Both the position numbers and the translations under genes were made by a program. A DNA stretch of 39,058 nt from a virus (lineage: Duplodnaviria; Caudoviricetes): positions 1 to 39,058 of IMG/VR virus record IMGVR_UViG_3300030451_005863; one strand, given 5' to 3'. The notes below the pieces were generated by a model. It was not told where the DNA came from. It searched no databases and was given only the letters and a program-made list of their open reading frames with translations. Of the stretch, positions 25,201 through 34,212 are shown piece after piece. The first letter of the stretch is position 1. Each line of letters starts with the position of its first letter.

Positions 25201-25333
25201 TAATACCACCATAACCTTTTAGCTCGCCTGATTTTAACAATGCATCGACTGCAAACTTTTGATCATCGTTTAAGTTTCTTATATCTAAAGACTTATTATC
25301 TAAAGCAGATTGTATTTCTTTAATTGTAGCCAT
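22211..25333 (-). CDS. Large internal virion / ejection protein
   Basis: 1040 aa helical protein with Gly/Ala hydrophobic segments; last of three ORFs of increasing size, typical of podovirus ejection proteins. Confidence 0.7.
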   Translation of the reverse strand: MATIKEIQSALDNKSLDIRNLNDDQKFAVDALLKSGELKGYGGINEIAAEQNAAMEILAAQKQQKLEPFETATGIERKDLELVGDVTGTIVPYIKNRDMLVKSLIANNAKAEFGVDQRAIISPNKIDAFQKQLMKLPMVRGSKLLGRLASVVGKMGDFVKQGPGQIRMKGPTPFLYTEALSQFGGSVGAGVGSLTFDAANLMTDFAATTSEDLANVSEDDIRSLPIGERSLVHAADAMKNALYFNFGAFALSPMLGLMTKGYRQAIGLEGDRAYDLAKKAREQSLPINTQALIDENVGFVAKGLKDAGKTITIFPAVGGPQKRARAEIEKATYGRMIDILDSTTPYADAQIMSYGAINQIKKNYREWNDIIDQQYLGVMRTAENLGGGKIPFIRMDNLLKEVREIKKYYGDIASPVGQRIEDPRIRGEIDVTMDPLLKYLDAIENTFGFAQDGITGLQYVDFHRQMKEAISLTNFKNPLGIAARLDSAFKKDFNALANPESIDTLLKNDQVKEAYDQQVKDFGKEAGDKYLNDLVGDIKMLEADLLKANELFTRSVRTFKSQGSALKGTNILNKFDSNIFTQKGLLNIAGKQNINADKLWEDGLLNVFKNGDDASITNIKKLLGTDRGGQTGKTGQAIFDRFRQIYFFDAFNDAYMMKPKLNSVPLFNKLETIRNKGFMHNKFLHNANEEIIKDELTKAGMKVDEVIESGIGDIPFDQLRLKVDEVAQFDPSKFRKNLGLVGTTSEVATARNKLITMYGGGKEGSKAVRQIEDLLDVMEGQYSYDLGDASTYLKRRFQMGGLGSVMGGILPMSGTIAAGAGVATVGLLPTVSFILLGRYAGKILSDPQRVKQFYDLVFDPMKRMEQLSGTGEFKSYFNQPMTKAQSKSFADLYNYVLDEDKDSPTVDPQKIDFNEISRYLLQTPTKVPQSKFTIDGIADDIRNRMYPELKQIKNSSTEMINDAENFFRGNMLSVMENEAMDRIDNESLSLAQLNQTSGQAGMVAPTTPLQPAQPVNRAKTFAALNPNDTLGQLIAENTNA

Positions 25334-25335
25334 AA

Positions 25336-27447
25336 TTATTTTAAAACTATTGATTCAATCGCTGCATCAATATTCATTCTACTTTTCATTTGAGCTTGAT
25401 TATTTTCATATTGCTTAATCATGTTCATATTATCTAATGAAGTTAAAAACTGATTACTACCACCTAAAGCTTGATAATTGCCTACTGTAGCTGCAAATTG
25501 ATTATTTAAATCATTTATGATTGAAGCCATGTTTGTTCTAATTGTTTTTGGTGATAATAATAATCCAAAAATTTGTGTTCTTTCTCCAGCAGCATCGATA
25601 TCTCTTTGTGTTAAACGATCTTCTTGTTTATTAGCATTTGCAATTAAGTATTTTAATCTTACCTCAACAAGTTTTGCTTTAACAATATTTGCTAATTCTT
25701 CATCACTTGGTCTAAATACTCCTGCTTTTGCTGCAATTGATCTAGCCTTTTTTTGATCTCTTGCTTTAGCTAAATCTTCTTGAAGACTTTTAGAAATTAA
25801 ATTTCTTTCTTCTGGTTCTGCATTTTCTGAAACCATATTTTGTAAATATAAATCTGGGTTTCCTCCTGCCTCTCCAGTAATTAATGCATCCATACCTCCG
25901 ATAAGATTTTCTGCACCACCTTTGATTAAACCTCTTGGTCCAATTTGATCATCAGGTAATTTGATTACAAATTGTGCCATACCAACACCTAAGTTTTGTC
26001 CTGACAATTGTGTTCTTAATTTCCTTAAACTAGCTGCATTGTCGCCTTCTGTACCTACAGCAACAGCATTAGTCAATTCACCTGTTAAGTCAGGAACCCA
26101 ACTGAAAGTTCCGTCACCATTGTCTCTTTTAACAGCTTCGTAACCTTTATAAGGACCACTATCTAAATTTTTTACTTGAATAGCTTTTTGTCCATTAATG
26201 GCGTTAGGATCTTGAACTAAATACTGCTTTGTATCTGCACTTACTTGAAATTGGTTGGTTCCATCCTTTTTAGCTTTCAAATATGCAACAGCTAAATCAT
26301 TTTTTCTTTCTTTCTCTTTAGCTTTTAAAGCAATTAAAGTATCAACAGTTTCTCCACCTGCTTGACCTGCAACATCTAAAAATCCTCTTATTCCTTTTTC
26401 ACCAGTCTTTTTTGACATCAAACCACTTGCAAATTTTAGTGCAACTAAATAATTTGTGTCATCTCTACCACCTGTTAATTGATCCAAATCTTCAGAAAAC
26501 TTTTTGAATTCTAATGAGTCTTTTGATAATTTTTTACCTGCTTCTTCTTTATTACTTGTTCTAACAATACTCTCTTCAATTTCTGCTGCAGTAGCGTCGC
26601 CATGTTTATCAGTTACAGAAACAATTTCTTTTTTCTGTTCTTCAGGAACGATATTAGAAGGATCTTGTTCAGTGGTTCCTGGCATCTTAGTAGAAGCTAC
26701 TCTTTGCTTAACAGATTTTTTCTGAGCATCAGTTAATTTTGTGTTGTTTTCTTTTTCCCAATTCTCAATTAAAATATCAACTGGATCTCCTAAAACTTGG
26801 ACATCTTTCTCATCAGCTCTAGATGTTAATGCTCCTGTACCAAGTAAAGCAGCACCCGCAGGTAATGTGCCTGGAGGTGTCATTTTTGTAATTCCTTTTC
26901 CTGTAGCAGATAAAGCTTCTTTAGCTTGACCAATTTTACCTGTTCTCTTACCCATACCTGCCATACGTAATGCTCGTCCCATTAATGGTGCAGACAATAA
27001 TAAACCACCTAAACCACCAGCGACTTGACCATAATCACCTTCAATTGCTCCTCTACCAATTTCATTTACACTACCTGCAGCTATAGGTGCAGTAAGACCT
27101 AATTCTGCTGCTGTTACAGCACCTCTTGGTATTCTTCCTGCTCTGATGGCTTTTGATTCTAATCCACCTAATCCAGTAGTTCTTAGACCTTTTTGTTGAC
27201 CTCCAATCCTTGTAGCTAAATTAGGTTGATTGCCTCCTGTCATAAAACCCATTTGTCCTTTAGGTGTCGCTCTTGCAGCTCTGAATGCTTGGTAACCTTT
27301 TCGAGCAGCTGGGCCAACTCTTCCTAAAATATTTAGAACTGTTCCTAAACCACCTATGACATGACCTGGAACATTACCTGTTTTTATTTGTTCGAAGTGT
27401 CTTGCTTTATTTGAAAAAAGTTTCCTTTTTAGAATTGGGTCATTCAT
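25336..27447 (-). CDS. Internal virion / ejection protein
   Basis: 703 aa, Gly/Ala-rich N-terminus followed by a charged helical region; synteny. Confidence 0.65.
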   Translation of the reverse strand: MNDPILKRKLFSNKARHFEQIKTGNVPGHVIGGLGTVLNILGRVGPAARKGYQAFRAARATPKGQMGFMTGGNQPNLATRIGGQQKGLRTTGLGGLESKAIRAGRIPRGAVTAAELGLTAPIAAGSVNEIGRGAIEGDYGQVAGGLGGLLLSAPLMGRALRMAGMGKRTGKIGQAKEALSATGKGITKMTPPGTLPAGAALLGTGALTSRADEKDVQVLGDPVDILIENWEKENNTKLTDAQKKSVKQRVASTKMPGTTEQDPSNIVPEEQKKEIVSVTDKHGDATAAEIEESIVRTSNKEEAGKKLSKDSLEFKKFSEDLDQLTGGRDDTNYLVALKFASGLMSKKTGEKGIRGFLDVAGQAGGETVDTLIALKAKEKERKNDLAVAYLKAKKDGTNQFQVSADTKQYLVQDPNAINGQKAIQVKNLDSGPYKGYEAVKRDNGDGTFSWVPDLTGELTNAVAVGTEGDNAASLRKLRTQLSGQNLGVGMAQFVIKLPDDQIGPRGLIKGGAENLIGGMDALITGEAGGNPDLYLQNMVSENAEPEERNLISKSLQEDLAKARDQKKARSIAAKAGVFRPSDEELANIVKAKLVEVRLKYLIANANKQEDRLTQRDIDAAGERTQIFGLLLSPKTIRTNMASIINDLNNQFAATVGNYQALGGSNQFLTSLDNMNMIKQYENNQAQMKSRMNIDAAIESIVLK

Positions 27448-28304
27448 TATCTTCTTCCTAAATTATATGCAGAATATGCTCCTATACCAGCACCTGCAGC
27501 TTGTGCTATGGGATTTGAACCTGGTGCCGTGGTTGCTGTAATACTACTTTGTGTTGTAGGTAAGTTTGTCATAATATTTTTTAAGAATTCTATTCTTTGA
27601 TAAGGTTCATATGATCTTGCAAGTTGTGTTTGTCTTTCTGCATCCAATGCTTGTTGTCCAAGTTGTCTTTGAATTCCACCTGCTTGAAGTAAACTTTGAA
27701 TATCTGCTTGTTGCATTGCTTGTTGTTGACCCCCTAATGCACCAAGTAATTGACCACCTTGTAATCCTGTCTGCGCCTGTAAAGCCTGTTGTCGTTGTGC
27801 AGCTCCAAGAGCTTGTCCAAATCCTGCCTGTTGTGCTCTACCCATTGCCTCTAAAGTTCTTCCTTGTAATTCTGCTTGTTGAACACCTTCTCTTCCACCA
27901 CCAAATGCTCCCGATTGAACAGCATTTGCTGCTAGTTGATTTTGCATCATTTGACCTTGTCTTCCAATTTCTTGAGTTACAAATTGTTGATATGGATTAA
28001 AAAATTGATTTATATTTGGTCCTTGACCCGCTGCTTGTAAACCAGAAAGTACTGAACCTATACCTGCTCGTGTTGCAGTTCCACCAACACCAGTAGTTCC
28101 TGCTGCTTGAAATCCTTGTTGTTGTAATCCTGAAGGTCCTGCAATTCTAAATGCAGGAATATTAATAGGTTGATTTGCTAAGTCTGTTGCTGCATCATAA
28201 AGTGCAAGTTTCCTAGATTCAACTTCAGGTGCTTCTCTTGTTATTGATACTTGCGTGCCTGAAGAGGATCCTCCGCCACCGCCGCCGCCAAATATTGCTC
28301 CCAT
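27447..28304 (-). CDS. Gln/Gly/Ala-rich ejection (pilot-like) protein
   Basis: FFNPYQQFV, AFGGGR and C-terminal hydrophobic AAGAGIGAYSAY. Confidence 0.7.
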   Translation of the reverse strand: MGAIFGGGGGGGSSSGTQVSITREAPEVESRKLALYDAATDLANQPINIPAFRIAGPSGLQQQGFQAAGTTGVGGTATRAGIGSVLSGLQAAGQGPNINQFFNPYQQFVTQEIGRQGQMMQNQLAANAVQSGAFGGGREGVQQAELQGRTLEAMGRAQQAGFGQALGAAQRQQALQAQTGLQGGQLLGALGGQQQAMQQADIQSLLQAGGIQRQLGQQALDAERQTQLARSYEPYQRIEFLKNIMTNLPTTQSSITATTAPGSNPIAQAAGAGIGAYSAYNLGRR

Positions 28305-28305
28305 A

Positions 28306-28767
28306 TTATTTCATCTCCTTAGTATATAAATATCTTTTCACTTCCCAATCTCTTTCTTTTAAAAAATTTTTCCACCCAGGTCTTGCATGCACAGCTATTC
28401 TTTTACAATCTTCCTGAATAGCTAAATCTTCAATCGCTTGTGCAGCTTCATCCTGCCATAATTCTCTTTTTTCTCCTTTTAACAGCATAACTTCGCACTG
28501 TTTAAAATTCGGTAAAACCATAATCCTAGTGACAAATACACCGAACACTTTATATTTTTCACCATCGTCAGATCCAAACATTGTAAACAATTGAAAGGAT
28601 CCATCTAAAAGACCTTTTTTAAGATCTTTTATACTCATAGGGTCACCATCATGTTTAAGGCTCTCCCTGAGCATGAAGTCAACAAGATTCCAATATTCTT
28701 CAATCTTATTAGAGGCTATATATAAAACCCCGACTTCTTTTTTAATTTTTTTCTTTTCTGGCAGCAT
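28306..28767 (-). CDS. GNAT-fold-like virion assembly protein
   Basis: GVFVTRI...P...LKG...W...IEDLA...C.RI...ARPGW pattern upstream of the ejection genes. Confidence 0.6.
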   Translation of the reverse strand: MLPEKKKIKKEVGVLYIASNKIEEYWNLVDFMLRESLKHDGDPMSIKDLKKGLLDGSFQLFTMFGSDDGEKYKVFGVFVTRIMVLPNFKQCEVMLLKGEKRELWQDEAAQAIEDLAIQEDCKRIAVHARPGWKNFLKERDWEVKRYLYTKEMK

Positions 28768-29701
28768 CTAATAAATCAAAAATTCTTTTTAATTTTGCTT
28801 GTTGACCGTAAAAAAAAGCAGCTCCCTTTTTTCTCATATCTTTCATATCTGTAGGATTTGCCCCTTCCATTATACCCGCTCCCAAGATAGCATCAGCTCT
28901 TGAAACAAACTCACCATCTGCTAATTGTGCAAGCATCGTATCTTCGTCTTTATCACCATTGCCAGAACCATCTTCAACATAACCTGTTGCTCTAATATAA
29001 TTATTTATATCATGCTCATCATGATCAGTTTTTGACGGTAAATAATTTATTCCACCTTTATTATATTTTGGAAGTGCATTTACAATTCCACCTTGATTAA
29101 AAGCAAAATATTGATTATCGAAATCATAAACATTTCCTGTATTTGTTTTTTCATCTTCATAATCAAATGTTTCTCCAATTCCTTCTAATGCACCCTTATT
29201 TTTTTCATAAGCTTTTTTGTAATCTTCTTCAGAAAAAGGTGGCTTAGGATCATCTCCAGCACCATCCATTAAAGATAACCCAGCAAAACCTAAACCAATT
29301 TTTGTACCTGTATCTAACCCTCTTAATCCTGAACCACCATATAAATCTTTAGCAGCCTTTATTTTATTTTTGTCACCCCCTGCTGATTTAATTGCATCTT
29401 TTAAAAGTTCTGGTTGTTTTTCTTCACCTACTAAATCTCTAATACCTTCTCTTGAAAACATTCTAGCTGGACCTGTTTCCAAGAATTGTTGACTGAGGGG
29501 TGCTCCTTGTTCCCCCAAAAATTTTCCAGAAAAACCTGGTAATGAAGTTTGACCAAAAGCTTGGAAAGGACCAAAGCCTGCCATACCTGCAAACTGTCCT
29601 AAACCTGCCATAGTTGCAGCATCCTTTAAAGAGGTTCTTGTAGATTTACCTCTTAGTTTTTGTACACCGAATGTTGCTAATGCAATAGTAAATGGATCCA
29701 T
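28742..29701 (-). CDS. Virion-associated protein with FNQGG/YNKGG motifs and D...A.LADGEFV domain
   Basis: MDPFTIALA N-terminus; GSGNGDKDEDTMLAQLADGEFVSRADA resembles the GPG..TSDSIPA.LS.GEFV motif of phage virion proteins. Confidence 0.7.
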   Translation of the reverse strand: MDPFTIALATFGVQKLRGKSTRTSLKDAATMAGLGQFAGMAGFGPFQAFGQTSLPGFSGKFLGEQGAPLSQQFLETGPARMFSREGIRDLVGEEKQPELLKDAIKSAGGDKNKIKAAKDLYGGSGLRGLDTGTKIGLGFAGLSLMDGAGDDPKPPFSEEDYKKAYEKNKGALEGIGETFDYEDEKTNTGNVYDFDNQYFAFNQGGIVNALPKYNKGGINYLPSKTDHDEHDINNYIRATGYVEDGSGNGDKDEDTMLAQLADGEFVSRADAILGAGIMEGANPTDMKDMRKKGAAFFYGQQAKLKRIFDLLDAARKEKN

Positions 29702-29757
29702 AATAAATTTAACTAGTTATTATGGTATTTTAACTTATATATTGCTATTCATCAATA

Positions 29758-30516
29758 TCATTCAATTTTTGTGAAGTCGTCATTAAACCTACCCCTGTAA
29801 GAGTATTCACCAATATGATTAATATACTCATCAATAAGAGCATATATTTTGCCCCCAATAGATGTCCATAATTTACAAAAATAAAAGTCCTCTCCAGTGT
29901 AGGTTTTTGTTTTAGGACTGTAGTATGAATCAAAAAAATTAAAATAATGAGGTCTTTCTATTAATTCACCATTTACCATGGTTTTTTGTACTATATTGAA
30001 TTCTGAATATTCTTTTTCTAACCTTTCAAAAACACTTCTTTTTATCATCATCATTCCAGCAGGTCCTTTTGTTATCTCTATAAAGCCATCTTTAGGTCTT
30101 ATATCATTTGGATCTGGCACTGTTATCGGATAAACGTGTCCCATTGTATTTGAATCATCATCATGTCTTTTAGAAAAATCTTTTTTAAATTTTATTGGAT
30201 CAACTGTTTTCATGGGATATGGAATTAAAGATACGTCATGAGGAGAGTTTAATAATCTAAATACTGAACGTGTTGAAAATTCAATATCACTATCAATAAA
30301 TAACATTCTATCTGCAGGAGATGTCATAAAATTTGAAACACAAAGATTTCTACCTTGTGTTACTAACGAAGATTTCATTAAATTAAATGATATATTTATT
30401 TTATTTAGAAGGCACTCTTTTTGCAAATCAAGACATGCTTTCATATAATGCATGGAAACATCAGAATGCACAGGTGTGCACACCATCAAACTATCAGTTT
30501 TTGTTTCGTTTGACAC
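29758..30516 (-). CDS. GT-A fold (GT2-like) glycosyltransferase
   Basis: VCTP, SLVTQGRN, LFIDSDI (DxD), GMMMIKRSVF, GEDFYFC, HIG. Confidence 0.85.
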   Translation of the reverse strand: MSNETKTDSLMVCTPVHSDVSMHYMKACLDLQKECLLNKINISFNLMKSSLVTQGRNLCVSNFMTSPADRMLFIDSDIEFSTRSVFRLLNSPHDVSLIPYPMKTVDPIKFKKDFSKRHDDDSNTMGHVYPITVPDPNDIRPKDGFIEITKGPAGMMMIKRSVFERLEKEYSEFNIVQKTMVNGELIERPHYFNFFDSYYSPKTKTYTGEDFYFCKLWTSIGGKIYALIDEYINHIGEYSYRGRFNDDFTKIE

Positions 30517-31435
30517 TTATAGCTCCTCGTAAAAAATCTGTCCAAAATCTAGACAAAACATTCCAATCATAATACCTTTTGTAATATTCCTGTTGAAATT
30601 GAAGACCCCAAGATAAATCTGATTGAAACATTTCTTTACATTGAAAAATACATTCCGCAGTTTGAATAGATAATTTTTCTTTATTTGGAGTATACGGTAT
30701 ATAAATAGGAAACTCAGCACAAGTTTCTGGTAAGGCACCGAGATCCGTGGTTATTAAAAGCTGTCCCGCTGCTAAGGATTCCATAGCAGATATACAAAAT
30801 GTTTCTTCCCATATACTAGGGAAACAATTTACGTCATATTCTTTTAACTTTGCAACTAACTCTTTATGATCGCAGTAACCCATGTAATTAACATTTGGAA
30901 GATTTTTTGCTTTTTCCCATAAAGGTTCATAAGATTTGTCATTTTTTTCATAAAACGATGAGCCATAAATTTTTGTGCTTGAATAAACATCTAGAGTAAT
31001 ATCAGGATCTTTAATTTTTTCCATTGCTGCTAAAACAACTTCAAGACCTCTCCAAGGGGTAGATATGTAACACATCTTTAGTTTCTTTTTTGGTGAAAAA
31101 TCAGTCTTTATTTTAAGTTCTTCATAATCTATTCCATTTTTAATCACAGTGCATTTATCTTCTGGTATTTTAAAAAAGTATCTATATTTTTCAAATGACC
31201 AATGTGAATTAAAAACATACCAGTCATATTTGTGATGATTTTCTTTATTTTGAAACCAAGGCTGTAAATTAGGTTGATCATAAGAGTTCTTCAACCATAG
31301 AATATTTGATTTTACAGGATCTAAAGGTTCTTTCTCTGGAACAGATGTTGTAATTTGAACAGAGTCTAGAATGACTTGATCAACGTACTTTTTTAGATAA
31401 TCGTATTGAATTTCAGTTCCACCGTAAGGTCGCAT
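30494..31435 (-). CDS. GT-B fold (GT4-like) glycosyltransferase
   Basis: GGTE, VIKNGID, STPWRGL, FPSIWEETFCISAME (Ex7E), GALPET. Confidence 0.9.
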   Translation of the reverse strand: MRPYGGTEIQYDYLKKYVDQVILDSVQITTSVPEKEPLDPVKSNILWLKNSYDQPNLQPWFQNKENHHKYDWYVFNSHWSFEKYRYFFKIPEDKCTVIKNGIDYEELKIKTDFSPKKKLKMCYISTPWRGLEVVLAAMEKIKDPDITLDVYSSTKIYGSSFYEKNDKSYEPLWEKAKNLPNVNYMGYCDHKELVAKLKEYDVNCFPSIWEETFCISAMESLAAGQLLITTDLGALPETCAEFPIYIPYTPNKEKLSIQTAECIFQCKEMFQSDLSWGLQFQQEYYKRYYDWNVLSRFWTDFLRGAISVKRNKN

Positions 31436-31659
31436 TACAAATCAGTCTTACCAAAAACCTCAAGAGATGCAACTGTTATTTTTTGATTTACTTGTAAATC
31501 TTCATCTGTAGTATCTGTATTAGGATCATTTACATCCTCTTTAAATTCTACTTTGTCCTTATATTTCTTACCTGTCCTTTTATTTAAAACTTCTTCTTCA
31601 GCCTTTGCTGGTAGTACAGGAACTTCTTCACCATTTACAATAATTGTTTTTTGTGTCAT
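31435..31659 (-). CDS. Hypothetical protein
   Basis: 74 aa ORF coupled to both neighbours. Confidence 0.7.
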   Translation of the reverse strand: MTQKTIIVNGEEVPVLPAKAEEEVLNKRTGKKYKDKVEFKEDVNDPNTDTTDEDLQVNQKITVASLEVFGKTDL

Positions 31660-31790
31660 TGTTTCCTTCCTTGACGATTATAAGGTTTATAACTCCTTTT
31701 TTTATTTTTGTTAAGTTTTTTTGTATGTCTGCGTGGCCTTTTTCTTGGTTTTGGACGTGGTATAAAATTAACAAATTTTCTTTTAGCCAT
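31656..31790 (-). CDS. 44 aa highly basic peptide
   Basis: MAKRKFVNFIPRPKPRKRPRRHTKKLNKNKKRSYKPYNRQGRKQ fills the gap, overlapping both neighbours. Confidence 0.7.
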   Translation of the reverse strand: MAKRKFVNFIPRPKPRKRPRRHTKKLNKNKKRSYKPYNRQGRKQ

Positions 31791-32133
31791 TTTCTTGTGA
31801 TCTATCTATTTGTGCGTAACTAATTACACCTTGTATTTTATTACTTCCTGTGGCTGCTTGAACTGTTACTGCATCTCCTGCCTCTAGGTTTATACCTTGT
31901 GGTGAAGCATTTACTTGTGACTTAGCAGCAACATCATCCCTAAAAAATTCATATTCTGTATTAGAATCAGATGCGTCTACAAGATTTATGTTTACTAGAA
32001 TACCCGATGATGCATCATTGTTTGAACAATAAATACTTTTAACAATTAAAGTTGCATCAGTTGGGCACGTAAGCACTGTGGCTTTATTTGTGTTAGTTTG
32101 TACAAAACCTTGGTTTTTATATCTTATTGTCAT
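31783..32133 (-). CDS. Small beta-rich virion (tail) protein
   Basis: 116 aa; IVKSI.C.N and LEAGD.V.V pattern; downstream of the nozzle gene. Confidence 0.7.
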   Translation of the reverse strand: MTIRYKNQGFVQTNTNKATVLTCPTDATLIVKSIYCSNNDASSGILVNINLVDASDSNTEYEFFRDDVAAKSQVNASPQGINLEAGDAVTVQAATGSNKIQGVISYAQIDRSQENG

Positions 32134-32294
32134 GATAAAAAGTAATTAAACGCATCCTGTTCATTTTTCAAGTCTTGTTGATAAGATGTGTTAAGTTGGT
32201 TTTCAACAGTTTCAATCGCTTGGTTTATTTGCCTAAAATTTTCAGGTGTATATTCAGGTTGCGGTTCTGGTATGTAAACATTTATTTTTGCCAT
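32130..32294 (-). CDS. 54 aa putative tail-associated protein
   Basis: MAKINVYIPEPQPEYTPENFRQINQAIE...; TAATG and ATGA coupling. Confidence 0.7.
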   Translation of the reverse strand: MAKINVYIPEPQPEYTPENFRQINQAIETVENQLNTSYQQDLKNEQDAFNYFLS

Positions 32295-34204
32295 TATCGT
32301 CTTCCGTCTACATTTACATCGGCTCTAAAAGTACCAAATCTCCATGATTGATCTTTGTCCAAATTTTCAATTTTTATATTTGCTAATCTACCCCTTACTC
32401 GTGTATCTTTTTTACTTGTTGTTGTTTGAACAAGAAATTCTGCAGTTGTGGTATTTGTTGAGATTGGAAAGTCTTTTGTATTTAAAGTTACCTTTGCCTC
32501 TCCAACTAAATTTTTAAAATCAGGAAAAAATCTACTTACTCTTAATAAAAATTGACCATCCCCTTCGTTAGGTAAATCAAAATCTCCCGATAAAACAAAT
32601 GCTGGTATTGCTGATGAATTTCCTGAAAGATCTATTTTATCTACCCCTACTTCATGTGCATAATATGTGCTTGCACCAAACGTATTAGTAGCGCCAAATA
32701 AGTTTGACGTGTTAGGTGTATCTGTTGTTACATATTCTGTAGCATAAGGAACTGCGTAAGTAGATGCATCTGCATATGTGCTTCTTGAAAGTGTCATTGT
32801 AGCCCAAGTATTTTCCACATAATTATAAACTGCCGATCTGTTATTTTGAAGAGATGGAGTAGTTAAAGGTTTACCTGCTGGGTAAAACCAATTTATTTCA
32901 TTGAATAACGAGTTGTGTGAGGCATATATAATTTCGTTAGATGAATAATTTACACCAATATTATTTCCTGAAGTTGTAAAAACAAAATCTTCAATTAAAG
33001 ATGGTAAAAGTTTTACTGTACCGTCAAACTTGAAAAATCCTCCAGCGTTACCCATCCAAAAAACTTGACCATCTGCATACACAGCAGCATGCTGACCTAT
33101 ACAACCACAGTTAGATCCTACTTGTCGTATGGAAAATGTAAAAGGTGGTCCAACAAACTGCATTACATAAGCAGCTTGATCAGTAAGAATTAAATTATAA
33201 TCTTTACCAGATACAGCCGCTACTATTTTGTTTCCAGTGTCCAGTCTAAAAGTTCCTGCAGTATTAACAGATGTTGGATTATAAACATTATAATTTTCTT
33301 GATCACTAAATCTTATAAACATTGGATCTTGAGTAGCTCCATCTCCAATTGTAGTTTCAGTACCAAAATGTATCACATGTCTGTCTCTATCTGAAGTAAT
33401 TGTTAGCCTAGATGCTGTTGGCGCACCTGTCATAATTACTGCTCTTCTTTCAAGTGGATTCGATAAACCTGCATCCCATACCCAAGTCTTACCATCTTTG
33501 ATTGTAGCTATAAGTTGTTGACCAAAATTATCTAAAGACCATGAACCTGGATCAAGAATAACTTGTGAAGAAGTTGTTGGATTACCCCAACCAACAGTTC
33601 CCCATGTACTTGTTCCCCAACCATAACCATATGTTTGAATAGTAGGTCCAATTTCTACATAAGGATTAATTATTCCACTGCCCGCTGCTGAAGTTGAAGC
33701 AGTAGATGCAGTCGGCATAGTAATTTCAAATGTATTCGCTGTTACATTACTTATTTCAAAAGTATTTAATTCAAAATCTGTTGAAGTATATCCTGTTCCA
33801 GATGGAGGTGTTACTGATGTAAAAGTAATGTATTCATTGTCGACTAATGCATGTGAGGTTTTATTTACTGTAACAGTAGTTGATGTATTCGTTGTAGTGA
33901 ATGTTGCACCAGATATTGCTGTATCTAATGGTGTTATATCATAAAAAGCGTCTTCATAGTAAATGTATAAGGCTTTGGAGGTTCCTAAAGCAGCATATTT
34001 TCTTCCTTCCAAATCATTCCATGTATGCTGTGCTCTTGCAGGACCAGATATTTTCTTTTGACCAATAGCTTCGAATCCTCCAATTTTTTCAGGTTGACCA
34101 TATCTAAATCTTACAAAATCGCTATCAATCCATTGCCCCTCTGAACCTGCAGGGGTATCAGATTTATTTATGCCTGGTCTAATCATAACGCTCCTTAAAG
34201 GCAT
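32294..34204 (-). CDS. Tail nozzle / DNA stabilisation protein (P22 gp10 / T7 gp12-like)
   Basis: 636 aa beta-rich protein; WIDSDFVRFRYG.PEKIGG, IRFSDQE and terminal WRFG..R.D...DGRR. Confidence 0.75.
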   Translation of the reverse strand: MPLRSVMIRPGINKSDTPAGSEGQWIDSDFVRFRYGQPEKIGGFEAIGQKKISGPARAQHTWNDLEGRKYAALGTSKALYIYYEDAFYDITPLDTAISGATFTTTNTSTTVTVNKTSHALVDNEYITFTSVTPPSGTGYTSTDFELNTFEISNVTANTFEITMPTASTASTSAAGSGIINPYVEIGPTIQTYGYGWGTSTWGTVGWGNPTTSSQVILDPGSWSLDNFGQQLIATIKDGKTWVWDAGLSNPLERRAVIMTGAPTASRLTITSDRDRHVIHFGTETTIGDGATQDPMFIRFSDQENYNVYNPTSVNTAGTFRLDTGNKIVAAVSGKDYNLILTDQAAYVMQFVGPPFTFSIRQVGSNCGCIGQHAAVYADGQVFWMGNAGGFFKFDGTVKLLPSLIEDFVFTTSGNNIGVNYSSNEIIYASHNSLFNEINWFYPAGKPLTTPSLQNNRSAVYNYVENTWATMTLSRSTYADASTYAVPYATEYVTTDTPNTSNLFGATNTFGASTYYAHEVGVDKIDLSGNSSAIPAFVLSGDFDLPNEGDGQFLLRVSRFFPDFKNLVGEAKVTLNTKDFPISTNTTTAEFLVQTTTSKKDTRVRGRLANIKIENLDKDQSWRFGTFRADVNVDGRR

Positions 34205-34212
34205 AAACCCTC

